In this document: positions 37,365 to 50,302 of the stretch, piece after piece
Layout: every line of letters begins with the position of its first letter
How positions within the stretch are numbered: position 1 is the first letter of the stretch
NCBI GenBank assembly: GCA_964016885.1
Contig: OZ024741.1
Span: 224,254,001 to 224,318,000, forward strand
DNA length: 64,000 nt
From: Eledone cirrhosa
Lineage: Eukaryota
Direction of reading: 5' to 3'
Translations under genes and position numbers: made by a program
Notes under the pieces: generated by a model
Told to the model about the DNA's origin: nothing
Database searches by the model: none
The model's input: the letters and a program-made list of their open reading frames with translations, nothing else

Positions 37365-39841
37365 AATCAAATCACAACCATTTTGTGATGTGATTTTGAC
37401 TTTGTAAACACTGAAATAGTCATGAACAGTTAAGAGTTGCTTAATTTGATTGTGAGTGTTGAAACTGAAGCAGTTACTCTGAGGAGGAGTCATTTTAGCC
37501 ATTTAAACCTTTTGATACCAACTTCGCCAAAAAGGTTCCTATTTAAATTATATCAGGTGGCAAATTGGTAGAATCATTAGAATATTTTGCAATATTTATT
37601 CTGGATCTCTGTGCTCTGAGTCCAAATCATGACTTTTCATCCTTTTGAGGTCAATAAAAAAAAAGTACCAGTCAAGCACTAGGGTTGATTCTTCCTGTGC
37701 CTCTTTCTCATTTTCTCTTTATTGCTCCTTCTCTGGAAGAAATTGGCTCTGTTCAGAACTGGAGAAGGATGGGCTCACAGGTTTAAAATTCCTAAGCACT
37801 CGCGATCGAACTGTGCAGGGTCTTGTGTTCTTGAGCAAAATGTTTCATTTCACATTACTATCATGAAAATAATTGAGAAACATCCAATGAGATTTGACTA
37901 CAAACAATTTCCCTACACCTGTTGTGGAAATGTGTCAGAGTGTGAGGCAAATTTTGACCACATAATAAATGAAAAGTGACTGCAACAGTTTTTTGTGTTT
38001 ATGAATGACTAAAATATTTCTTCTATGTTGTCATTGTTATTTCATATTACCGTTCTCCATTTCTGAGTATGGAAAGTGTTGTTGTTTCTTGTTTTTATGT
38101 CTGTGTTTTTTGTTTGAGTGAAGAATTGATAAACGAATCTAGAATAACTTGCCAACAACACACGTTTGTAACACTTTGACGTTGACAATAAATGTGCAGT
38201 TGTTTTAATGATAGTTGATATTATTTTCAGAAATTACAGTGGAAAAATGATTTTTGTAAACATACGTCATGAGTTATACTAGATAATCTTTGATTAAATA
38301 TAAAGACAAAAATCTCTCCTTATCGCTTTTCCTTTTTCTCTTTCTTCCTCTCTATCTAATCTTGTAAGCATTGAAATGATGATGTGTGTTCAAGCTAGCT
38401 GGTAGAACTGTTAGAACGTATGGTATGCTGTATTTCCTCTAATTCTTAGCATTCTGCATTTAAATCCTGCCTATTATCTTTTCAGAGTCAATAATATAAT
38501 TAATCTAGAGTGTTGCTGAGATGTTCTGCAGTATTTGGTCTAGTTTCTTGTGTTCTGAGTTCATATCTCTCTATGGCCAACTCTGGTGGTTTACGAGAAT
38601 TAATCTGTCTTTTGCGACCCAGTATAGAGTCCATACTGTTGCAAGTATTTGGATCAGGCATCTGGTTTATGGATAGATAATTTCCTTCCTTCCTTTCTTC
38701 CCACCAGTTTCAAAAAGTGTTATGGAAGCTGCCTTTAGTTTTTAAAAACAAAAAAAGGGTTAGGAAAGACATCCTGCTGCAGAAAACTTGCCAAACAAAG
38801 GGTCTGGAAGATTTTCAACTATGTCAAAGACATGACAATTTCCCTAGTATTGGTGACATGATAAAAATGCATTCAGTCGGTAATGGGATTGTCTGTCAGG
38901 CCCCTGTCCCACATGGAGATCAGGGACTTCACTTGTATACTGACTGGTCTGTGATGACACATCCAACCTTTGCTAGCAGGGAACACAGGCATTAAATGGA
39001 GATGATGTAATGGCATCAAAAGACAGTTGATAAAAATGTGTTATGGTGTAACTCTTCTAAAGTTATCTTTAATCTATATTGAATATGCTTGGATATAAGC
39101 ATAGCTAGGTGGTTAAGAAGTTCGCTTTGCAAGACAGGTCCTGGGTTCAATCCCACTGTATGGCATCTTTACTATAGCCTTAGTGCAACCCAATCCTTGT
39201 GAATGAAATTGATAAGGAGGAAACTGTGTGTCTGATGAATTATACTTGTGATTCAAAGGTCCAACTGTGTCACATATGATGTCAAGCTTATTTGGCTAGG
39301 AAATTACCATATATACTCAAATATAAGTCTTCCCTCTATTTTATGTCTGAGAAATAGGCAAAAATCCAAACCCTGTTGATAAACCAAGGCAGCTAATCAA
39401 CACCTTATGTTTAGATGGTGGGATTTTGAAATTCTCTTGTGTATAAAATATATTTATGATGTTTGAAATGTTTTAAGTGTCGTTTAGAGGATAGTTTTAG
39501 TTTCACAACTTCATTACTTAATGAGTTTCCATTATGCTTAGTTTCAAGAAATACATGCTTGGAGTCTTTGAAAGTAAAACATTAAATAAGAGAACTTTGT
39601 ATAGGGATTCATAGAGTAGAAGAAGGAGTGAGAGACAGCAACTGAGAGTGAGGGAAAGCGGAGTGAGAAGGGAGAGAGAGCGTGAGCAATAAAATCAAAT
39701 CAGAAGATTGAAAGAAAAAGTATTATCAGAGAAAAACATGTATGTATGTGTGCGTGGGATAGTATGTTTGTGTAAACGTATGTATGTGTGCGTGGGATAT
39801 TTGTGTATTATAAAGTTCAAATTATAAAAATGTATTGGAAA

Positions 39842-40777
39842 TACTAACAGCAGTACCCAGCGTTGCGTGGGTAGGTAAAATAATATCTGCTTTGATGAAA
39901 AGGTGTTGATCTTAGCGAGTGCTTCTCGATGACTCATCTATGGCCACACACAGTGAGGGGGAGGGTGGTGATGAGCTCTATCACTGAGAAACGCGGGTGA
40001 CTGACGAAAGGGCATGCTGGGAGAGGGAGTTTCGAATTTGAACAAAATCGGTTGAAAAATGTGGGAGCTAGAGCCGAAAAGGTGGTATTTTTGAATATTT
40101 AAGCGGCTGCCATGCCATTCCTGAACAAAAAAATCCAAAATGTAAAGTCACTTTAAGACGTGAAATAATCAGATCTAGCGTAGTGTAAAATTTGAACAAA
40201 GTAGGTTGATTAATGTGGGAGCTAGAGCTGAAAAGGTGGTATTTTTGAATATTTAAGCGGCTGCCATGCCATTCCTGAACAAAAAAATCCAAAATGTAAA
40301 GTCACTTTAAGACGTGAAATAATCAGATCTAGCGTAGTGTAAAATTTGAACAAAGTAGGTTGATTAATGTGGGAGCTAGAGCCGAAAAAGTGGAAATTTG
40401 AGTCTAAAAGTGGTATTTTTGAATATTTAAGCGGCTGCCACGCCGTCCCTGAACAACAAATGCAAAATATAAAGCCATTACAAGATGTGCAATGATAAAT
40501 TCTATTTTGCTTTAAAATTTGAACGAAATCGGTGGCAAAATGTGAAAGCTAGAGCCAAAAATCTTATTTTTCGATACCTAAAAAAAGGTGACCCCCTTAT
40601 CGATTTTTATCTGCAGAATGACCCCGGAATAAAAAAAACGATACGCTGATATATAGAAAACACTCCCCGATGACTAATCTATGAGCCTGTAAAGTTTCAT
40701 GAAAATCGGTCGTAAGATGTAGGTAATACACAGACACATACACACACACACATACTTAATTTTATATATATACAGAT
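39842..40777 (+). mobile_element. Non-autonomous Helentron/DINE-1-like element with an internal tandem array
   Basis: Starts TACTAACAGCAGTACCCAGCGTTGCGTGGG; ends aaagtttcatgaaaatcgg...(CA)n...ttttatatatatacagat; CpG-rich relative to its flanks. Confidence 0.6.
40035..40560. repeat. 154-bp tandem repeat, about 3.3 units
   Basis: aatttgaac unit starts at 40035, 40189, 40343 and 40516; the first two units are nearly identical. Confidence 0.92.
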
Positions 40778-41748
40778 TTTCTAGGGAATGCATAAATAAC
40801 ACCAACGATGGTGTAGTAAATGTAGAAAAATGTTTTATTGTAAAAAAAATTACCCTAGATATTTTAACACCTTAATTGAAAGTTGGTGAAAATTGGTGAA
40901 ATATATCTTGGATGTAAGCCAACCCTCCATTTTAACATCAATCTTTTTGTTACATATTTCTCGTCTTATATTTGAGTATATAGAATACATTAAGGGTATA
41001 CATGCCTATGGAATATTCAACCACTTACATGTTAATTCATGAGTTGGATGTTCAGTTGATCAAATAACTGAATGCTCATTGTCGAAACTGATGAAAGATC
41101 CATCACTGAATGTGCCTATGGGTTAAGTGTCTAAGCAGAAATAATTAATGATTCCATTACCCAGATTATTTCATTAGGTACAATAGCCTTTTTGTAAAAA
41201 ATAGCTCAGAGTTTAATAATAATTTCTAGTACTAATTTTATTGGTATGGAAGATTACTTAGACTGGTAAGATTGAATTGAATTGATAAATGTAAAGCAGA
41301 TCACTACTATATTATATTGCCTGTGCTTATGTTGATTGCATTGATTGCCTTTAATGCCTTCAATTTTACCAAATAGATTGAATATAAATATTCAGACATC
41401 TGCTGCTATATATATATATATATTGTAATATCAAGCAGGGAGGTGGAAGTATTCACACATTGCTTTTAACATTTGTAGTCAGTAGTGGTTTAGTTTAGTA
41501 GAAGTATCGCACAGAGAAAGAAGACAAACAATGAATTGTAGAGAGCATGATGAGAATGGAACCAGTAATGAATGTTGTCAAGAGGAATGGGATGGTTGGG
41601 TCGTGTGTTGAGGGGGGATGACTGGATAAGAGGACTGATAGGGATGTGGGAAGACCAAGAAAGACAGCTAATTTCTCAAGTGTATTCTTTTTTTTTTATC
41701 TTTTTACTCTACCTTATCCAACCCTTGCTAATAGAGAAAATGTGTTAA

Positions 41749-41956
41749 CCGTTTAGTATTTAAACTGGCCATATCCAGCCAGAATTCTCTCACCTCTTTC
41801 TGTTCAAACTGGCCATAACTGGCCACTCATACTGCTGTTAAGGTATAGTTCTCAAAATAAATAACATCAAAATCTCATAGATTCAATATTATGTGAGATT
41901 AAGCCTTTACCATGAAAATACAACAGTATACATAGAATAATGTAAATGCTAAAGGG
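41749..41956 (+). mobile_element. piggyBac-type MITE, 208 bp (family A)
   Basis: TTAA flanks; similar to 63311-63518. Confidence 0.8.
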
Positions 41957-42769
41957 TTAAATCGTGATGATGATCATGGGTTCCCAGTGTGGTTGATATT
42001 GATCCCTAAAGTTCACTGGGATTATTGAGTGGGGTCAATTGAACTGTTGGGGCCAAAACTTGATATTTGTTTAAGAAATGAAAATGCCTTAAAATAATTG
42101 AATAAAATACTACTTGCTTAAACAGATTTATGATTTTTACATAGTTAGCCTTTATTGTCTATTTTATATTGTTTATTGCGTTATTTATTTACCAATTTGT
42201 TTTTGTACATGCCCGGAATCGATGAGGGTTCAAAAATTCCAATAAGTGATGGATGGTCTAAAATGTTTGGGAATCCCTGTTCTACATAATATTAATCATA
42301 CAAAATCTTCAGTCATGTTTGTTATAATAGAAAACCTTAATATTACTACCTATCCCTTCTCTGGTCAACAGTGCCATTGAGCTTAGTTTCTTGAACTTCA
42401 TAATTAATGGATTTATTAATATGGGGTGTGGGTATAATGCATATGTATGTGTGTAGTATAGGTTTATGTATAAAATTAATACACACACACACACATAAAC
42501 TTGTGTGTGTGTTAACGTGCATGAGCACATGTATGTAAAGTAGTAGTAAACATCCAGTACACACCATGAAGCAGCTGATATTAGGAACGGCATCCAGCCA
42601 TAGAAACCAAGCCAAAGATGGGGCATACGAGTGAGACCAATCATCTGACTTGTCTAGCCCCAGAACATGACAACCCATCTAACCCATACAAGCATGGAAA
42701 ATAGCTGTTAAACAGTGATGATGATGCTAATTTGTCTCTTCAGTTCGTTCTCATTGGTTTTTATTGGCA

Positions 42770-42808
<39 letters not shown>

Positions 42809-43145
42809 CCTTCCTATAGCTGTGTCATCTCTTACTATTCCTCTCATTCAGTTTAAACCCTCATCAGCTGATGTTTTAAACATCTGTTAAATGAGGTTTA
42901 CACAATGTTTACATAAATGTTCATTCTTTGACACAGACCGTTTTCAACATAAATATTGCTAGAACGAAATGCATCCAGTGCCATCATCATCATCATCATC
43001 ATCGTTTAACGTCCATGTTCCACGCTTGCATGGGTTTGGACGGGAGTTTTCCCACTTGAGGCAAGAGTGGTTGTCTTGCTCGCATAGGACTGTCTGGCGG
43101 GTTTTCTACAGTTGGATGCCCTTCCTAACACCAATCACATTTACA

Positions 43146-43881
43146 TAATAATAATAATAATAATAAGGAAATTATTGTGTAAAGTGCTCAGGTGCACTAC
43201 AACTCATCAAAGATGCATGTATAGTACATAGAATAATATACAAATGTCAGGGAAGTGAATAGTGTATGAGTCATGATATACATGTGTCTATGTGTATGGA
43301 GGGGGAACATTAGGTGTAGTGTTGACGAATCTCGGGAAGCATGGAGGCCTTAAAGGATGCAGTATCTCGACTAACAACTGATGCAGGTAGTTTGCTCCAT
43401 GCTTCAGCAACTCTGAGCGTGACAAAATGTTTCCGAAAGTCATTGGAACTGTGCTGTTTTCTGACTTTGTGGGCATGCCCACGTTTGTTAGACACATGGA
43501 AATCAAAAAAGTACTCAGGGTTGTTGTTGGCAAGATGGTTAACAATTTTGTGGGTGTTTACCAAGTCAGTTGCCAGGCGCCGGAGCTTCAATGTATCCAT
43601 GCCCAGGGAAGCAAGATGTTCAGAGTATGGTAGATGCCTGATGGAGAGTATTTGCTTGGCTGCACATCTCTAAACAGTTTCCAGGCGGTCAATGTTCTGA
43701 GCAAGATAGGGGTTCCGGACTGGTGATGCAAATTCTAAGTGTGGCCGCACCATAGCCATGTACAGCCTTAAATAGATAGCTGGAGAGCGGCTGACAAAGG
43801 TCTTGCTGAGTGATGCTAAGACACCCTCAGCCCTCTTGACAATTTTAGAGACGTGCTTCGTCCAACGCAAATCGCTGCTGT
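43146..43881 (-). mobile_element. 5'-truncated CR1/L2-group LINE with an (ATT)n tail
   Basis: SSDLRWTKHVSKIVKRA...LYMAMVRPHLEFASPV and TLKLRRL..DL...KI...RGH..K...RV..AW.KLP motifs; tail at about 43146-43166. Confidence 0.88.
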
Positions 43882-44400
43882 ATGTGTGTTGCCTATTATT
43901 CATTATAAACACAATTTAAAGGTGCGGTTGTCAACTCCTGCAGATGGTTCATTGCTTATTTATTTATTTATTTATTTTGTCCTATGGAAATTATTTGTAG
44001 TTTTGATACAAAACTTTGAGAGGAAGTTATATTTTGCCAAGCCAGTTTTCTATTTACTAATTTAGTCAGTCAAGGGTAGGACAGTGCCTTTGACTCATCT
44101 CACAATTTCTGAAATATGTGTGAGCATGTGGATGAGAGCTATCCTTGAACTTGAAACTTGGTTCAAATGCTTGCAGTAGAGTGGACTTTGCTAAAGACAC
44201 CTAAAGGCCACATGTTGGTCTTAAGCTGGGATTCAAACTCAGACCGCAATGACTTAGAGCATTTAATGCAAGTAACCATGCACAACATTCTAACAACTTT
44301 GCCTATTTGCTGCTTGTTGTTATTATTATTTTGTAAGCCATTGGTTTTTTATTTTTTATTATTACCACTGGCGGGGGTAGGGCTTATTTCAATTGTTTAA

Positions 44401-45667
44401 CCCTTCAGCATTTGCATTAATTTTCAAATGTCATGCTTATCTGTTCGCATTATTTTGAGTTAATCAGGGCGGTGGATTGGCAGTATTGGTAGAGAGTCGG
44501 ACACCATGCTTTCCAGTATAGTTACGTCCCTTTACGGTCTGAGTTCAAATCCTGCCGAGGTTAACTTTGCCTTTCATCCTTACGGGGTTCGATAAAATAA
44601 AGTACCAGTAATGTACTGGGTAATTGCTGGCCTTGTGCCAAAAGTAGAAACAATTATTTTGAGTTAACCATACATACTCAAGAGGGTATCAATTTTATTT
44701 GTTTGTAATTTTCTTAATTTTCTATGTGCAGGCTTGAAATTTTGTCAGTAGATGTTTAAATATCAATAATTTACAATTATATCATTTTGCCTGATTTTTT
44801 TTTGGTTAAATTTGACTTTTATGGGCAGGTGAAATTAATTAATAGGGGCATTTGATGTATCAACCAGGTGCAAATACTGGTTTAATTTTAAATACGTTGT
44901 TTTCGGCATAATACTTGATATATAAGGATCACTAAATCTTATATCAGTGCTCCACTAATTCCACAGTCTTGGAAATTGTTTTATACCGAACATATTTACG
45001 GTAAAAAATGCTTGCATTTCCGCAGCATCTGTCGATTGCCAAACAGATCGGGTTTTCCTCGATTTGAAATCTGTTGTTGGGCATATCGATTAATCTCTTC
45101 TGCCACAACTTCGAAGAAAGTTTGTGGTAAAAACAAAAAGAAATAATCCAATGCTTTAGCATCGGGAGCTAATGTGTGTTGTGGACCAGTATTTTGAATA
45201 AAATCGGGAACATATATTGGTATTTTTCAATGGCGTCCTGGAGATCTCCTTCATTTTCAATTTCAAAACAACAATCATCGTCGGATGAAATTTCAGAAAT
45301 GTAAACATCTGATTCATTTGAAGATAAATCACCAATATTATCTTTTGTTTCTTGTTCATTCTGAATGTCGTCATGTGTAAAACCTTCAAAGTCGGTATCG
45401 CTACTTTCACAAGCCATGTTGATACACAAAAAATCTGTTCTACTTTCAATGTTAAAAAAAACACATGTTGTTCTAAGTTGTTTCACTATATTAAGTGTTA
45501 ATTTTCGTGGTAAGGGCCTCATCTCGCAGTAATCTCGAATTGACAAGATTTTGATGATAGTTTGTTTATTTTTAGGACGATATTTTAGTGTGGGTATTAT
45601 CGGCTGGTTTCGGGCAGTTTGAACAAATGAAGGGGAAATAATTTTGGCCGGTTTGAACACTAAAGGG
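44401..45667 (-). mobile_element. Internally deleted piggyBac element with both termini and TTAA TSDs
   Basis: TTAA|CCCTTCAGCATTT at the left end and CACTAAAGGG|TTAA at the right. Minus strand gives an acidic N-terminus, then DAKALDYFFLFLPQTFFEVVAEEINRYAQQ and WQSTDAAEMQAFF, like the start of DDE_Tnp_1_7. Confidence 0.82.
44467..44652 (+). mobile_element. Young tRNA-derived SINE nested in the piggyBac element
   Basis: Full-length copy; TSD ATTATTTTGAGTTAA(T/C)CA at 44449-44466 and 44653-44670. Confidence 0.85.
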
Positions 45668-45749
45668 TTAAACAGGTGGATCTCCTGATCCCACTAACCA
45701 CTCACCTCATAAGTCCCGTTACATACATACATATATGCATGAGGTGACT

Positions 45750-45990
45750 CTTTAGACCATACTCAGGCAAACCCTATTACAGGTCTCACATGTCAGGTCA
45801 GGCCGCTTATCAGTGCCTTCGGGAAGGCCAACATGGATTCCTTTCCGGACATCTCTTTTTAGTGTCGTGTGCCTTCTTGTTTCCTCATAAAGACTCTTAC
45901 CACTAGCCACTGCTTTCCTCCAATGCGATCGGTCGCTAGCGCATGCTTCCCAGTGCTCACAAGGGATGTTACTTTTCTTGAGCGCCCCAT
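45750..45990 (-). mobile_element. 3' fragment of an RTE (BovB-like) LINE
   Basis: ALKKSNIPCEHWEACASDRSHWRKAV...LTCETCNRVCLS C-terminal motif. Confidence 0.7.
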
Positions 45991-47743
45991 ACATACATAC
46001 ATACGTACGTACGTACGTACGTGTGTGTGTGTGTAAAATATGATTATGTTCTAGTTTTATCTTTTTTATTAGAGGTCTTTCAAATTTTTGTATGAATCCT
46101 AAATCTATCATTAGAGCTGCTAAACTTTCAATCCTGTATGATACATAGTGTTGGTATAGTAATATTCCATCGTGTACAGAATTGTTGAGGTAATTGTCTT
46201 CTGACTAGGAAACAAAAGAATCTCTAAAATGCATAAAGATAATCTCTTATTTTGTGTGCACCAAGGAATAGTTGAAAGTGTTTTCCCTTCACACTTCATT
46301 ATTTTCACAATGAAGGCTTCTAATTAAGAAATGGTAGTTATATCTACATTAAATTTGCCTCAAGATTTTCAAATATACTGTATGTTTTAACATATGCATT
46401 TATTACCTTGGAGACGTTAAATGGGGAAAGTGATTAGACTCGGTGACAGTAGCTAAACTGAGATGTGCATGGGAAAAAAGTTCCAGGAGTGTTGCTGAAA
46501 CTGAAGGGGAAGGTGTGTGTTACATGTGTGCCAAGTGCCATGATTTATTGGAGTGAGACAGGGGTAGTGAATGTGGAGTAGTATAGATAATTGGCATGAA
46601 ATAGAATCTGTCTGTGTTAGGTGGGAAGCTATTGACAGAATTCTAATGGCTGTGAAGAACTTTAAAAGACTGTTACCTCTACTTTTAATGAGAGAACCTC
46701 TTATATGGTTGCTTGACTTGCTAGAATTAGCAGCCAAATCTCTCTCACCACTCACCATTGTTGTTGCATTTGTGCATATATTATCTTGTAGTTTTTAGAA
46801 AGCTTTTTGTTTTGGCAGTGTAAAACTTGATATCATATATGACATTCCAATCAATTCAAAAAATGAAATACATTCAAATTTATTGCCATCATTGATGCTA
46901 CTGGTCTGCTAGTTAATTAAGGATATCCCATGTAAGAGGTTTATGTAACCATTCTGCAAAGTGAAACCTTAACCGAACTGACATGTATGCATTTACTATG
47001 TATCTTAAATTACAATTCTGTTCATTCCATTATTGTCAATAAGCTGAGTATCTGGCTTATCTGCAGTTAGTGCTCAGCTTATTGCATGGTTGTGAATTTA
47101 ATTTATGGTAGCACATTGTGTCTTTGAGAAAGATACTTTATTTCATGATGTTTCTGTCCACCCAACTGGCTTCAATGCATTGTACCTGTAATTCAAACTC
47201 ATGTTCAGTTAATATTCATTTACCACCAAAAATGCATTTGCTTCTGAGGGGGGAAGTTGTATTCTTTGACTTGGGATGACAAACAGCTACAATGATTTTA
47301 TTTAAAAATACAACATAAATAAAATATTACAATAGAAAGAAAAAAATGATAGAGAAAAAGAAAAAAAACTTGAATAGTGAAAGTAAGGGAAAGGAGGTAG
47401 GGAACAGCAGACTCTACATCCTAGTCCAGACCTGGTGTTATATCTCAGTATTTTTGTGCTATTAGAACTGATTACTTTTATAACTGGCGGATAGGTATCC
47501 CATCACTGACATTTTTACTTTCAACTGATCTTTTCATGAACCTTGCACCTAGCCAGTTTGACGAAGATGAGTGATATATATACCATACTGAAAAAAGTTG
47601 GTATCAGTCTGTAAGAAAACTGGTGTATAAAGCTTTCATTCAACCCATGCAGAGCATAAAAAAAAACAAGCATAAAAATGATAATGATAATGAGGATGAT
47701 GATGATGATTGTAATTTTCTTGTATGTTTTCCTTTTGTTGTAG

Positions 47744-48126
47744 GTTTGAGCAACCCAATGCTGCAAATTCTAATCAGCAATTCCGACCACCATCTCAACC
47801 TGGAATGGTTACCCCACAGCAGCACCCTGAACAAATGTACCCGAATCGCTATGGCAGCAATCAGCAAATGACTCCAGTTCGGTCACATACTCCTCAACAT
47901 GACCAGTACGTGGCCCAAGGGGGATATCCTAATCAGAGTAATACTTTTAATAGTCCGAGAGGAGTGGTACCACAGGAACAATATCAGAACTACCCGAATC
48001 AGCAAGCTGGTTTTGCTGGGCATCGACCACCTAGTTCTCGAGAAGTCCCTGCTGGCAATATGTATGGAACGCCAAATAAAAGATATCCACCAGATGTTGA
48101 AAGGCGAGAGAATTTCAATATGTCAG
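47744..48126 (+). CDS. ARID1: ARID1/osa exon, 383 nt (RFEQPNAANSNQQFRPP...YGTPNKRYPPDVERRENFNMS)
   Basis: ttgttgtag acceptor, TCAG|gtaagg donor; phase 2-1 matches the preceding exon. Confidence 0.88.
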
Positions 48127-48396
48127 GTAAGGATATTATTAATTCTTTTGTCTACTTGCTATTGGAAAAAAGCTTTCATTAAAAATCTTGTACATGATTG
48201 GTATGAACAAGGTTAAGGTTATTTTAACTGAAGTAAATAGAAATTGTTTCCAAATTGAGAGAGTACCCACCTTCATTTACCATTTAAGTTGTGTGAACCT
48301 TTCATTTGGTGCACAACATACATGTGTACATATATAAATGTGTATATATAAATATATATACATGTATGTACGTGCACGCGCGCGCACACACGTATG

Positions 48397-48448
<52 letters not shown>

Positions 48449-48809
48449 CATAAATATATGTATGCATATATGTGTGTGTATATATGTATATATTAGATAA
48501 TGAGGAGGATGATAATATATATCATCATCATTTAACGTCTGCTGTCCCTCCTAGCTAGGGTTGGAGGGGTCTACATGAAGTCAGTACTGAAGCAGGGTCA
48601 CTGATGTTATATATGGGCCGAGGAGGTCTGTATCCCGCTTAGGTACGGTCATTATCAAGTACAGAGGAGAAGTTGTTGTGCCTTTTCACACCAACTGCTT
48701 TACAGCGTATACTGGGTGCTTTTATTGTGTAGATCACCAGCACTAGGGAGAGTGTCATGTCCGAGACATAACTGTAATATATATATATATAATGTGTGTG
48801 TGTGTATAT

Positions 48810-49060
48810 GTCTAAAGTCTGTCTTAAACCAGAAGACTCATTTGGCCGGTGAAGCGTCTGTGAGTACAAGACTTCCCCCTGGACAGGACGCCAGTCCATC
48901 GCAGGGTTAAACCCCCAGCTATTTCTGGAACTCATCTTCAGCTGAGTTATACTGGAGCAACACAAGATGAAGTGTTTTGCTCAAGCACACAACACAGGAA
49001 TTGAACCCACAACATGATCGTAAGTCCAACACCCTTACTACTAGGCCACATGCCTCCACA
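48810..49060 (-). mobile_element. tRNA-derived SINE of a second family (CORE/V/Meta-like domains)
   Basis: Minus strand: gggttcaattcc B-box, tgtgcttgagcaaaacactt and CCTGCGATGGACTGGCGTCCTGTCCAGGGG. Confidence 0.7.
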
Positions 49061-49961
49061 TATATATATATATTTGTGTTATATACAAAATAAAAGGTTC
49101 ACACAAATGGCAAATGGAGGAAAAGTATGTTTGTGTGTATGTCTGTTGGGTTTCATATTTATAAACATGTTTTGTCTCTTTTTCTCTTTGTGTAAATGTC
49201 TATAAATGTCTATTCATTTAAGTATATATTTTACCATGTTAAATTTCCCCCATTTTTGTACATTTTGCTATATAAACATGAAATACCCAGGAAATATAAT
49301 CTTCATTACATTTGCTTAAATTTCTAGATAGAATTTTAAATCAAAATTCTGAATCTGAATTTATTTTTTTTTCCCCCAGAAAAAATTTGGTAATTTTTGT
49401 TTAAGTAATTATTGATGTAATAAATTCATTTGAAGATGGTTTTAAAAAAGAAAACATTATCTGTAACTTAGGTTTTACTTAATTATAATTGAAATGCACA
49501 TAGTTCCATTTAGAAAAACCTCAAATCTCCAGAACATTTTGCTCTTTTAGTATTAATTCAATTCTTTGCGAAGAAAACTTTCGATGTGATTTAATATAAA
49601 GCATTAAATTAGCGGGAGTTTAAGAACCAGTTTCAAATCTAACCTTAAAGAGCAGTTGGAAGTTATTAGATTAATACCTGATACATATAACAAAGCTTTT
49701 GTCATAATAAATCTTAAAAAGATGTGTAAACTTTTTTTTTTTGTCATGGTCTCGAGCTTTATCATTTTTTAATTAGTGTAATTAATAAGAGCTGAAAGAT
49801 GATTTCAGATCCATTTACTTCCTCGTAGAATTAAATAAACTTCCACTTGAATCTCATCACAAGAAAAGAACATTTAAATTTTCACCCAAGTTGTTCTGTT
49901 AATACTGCACTCAAACTATTTAAATTATGATGGTGGGTTGAAAAGTTTTCCACACTAGCAT

Positions 49962-50302
49962 GGGCTGTACAGTGCTCAGATGCACTACAACTCGTCAAAG
50001 TGCGTGTATAGTACATAGAATAATGTGCAAATGTCAGGAAAGTGAACAGTGTATGAGTCATGATATACACATGGATACATTCCATGTGTATGGAGGGGGA
50101 ATATCAGGTTCAGCGTTGGCGAACTTCAGGAAGCATGGAAGTTTTGAAGGATGCAGTGTGCTGACAGCTAACAACCGATGCAGGTAGTTTGTTCCATGCT
50201 TCAGCAACTCTGAACATGAAAAAATGTTTCCGAAAGTCATGGGAGCTGTGCTGTTTTCTGATTTGCAAGCATGTCCATGGGTGTTAGACATGGAATTCAA
50301 AA
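49962..50302 (-). mobile_element. 3' fragment of the same CR1/L2-group LINE as 43146-43881
   Basis: Direct similarity to about 43180-43510. Confidence 0.85.

Noticed and set aside
40035-40560. Repeat array as a possible CRISPR array, or a duplicated small ORF (MDFFVQEWHGSRL...)
   Set aside because: The units are contiguous 154-bp tandem copies with no unique spacers, the context is eukaryotic, and the ORFs are by-products of the repeat
45169-45660. 163-aa minus-strand ORF as a nested gene or domesticated PGBD
   Set aside because: It is the acidic N-terminus of a deleted piggyBac; it is frameshifted and lacks the catalytic core
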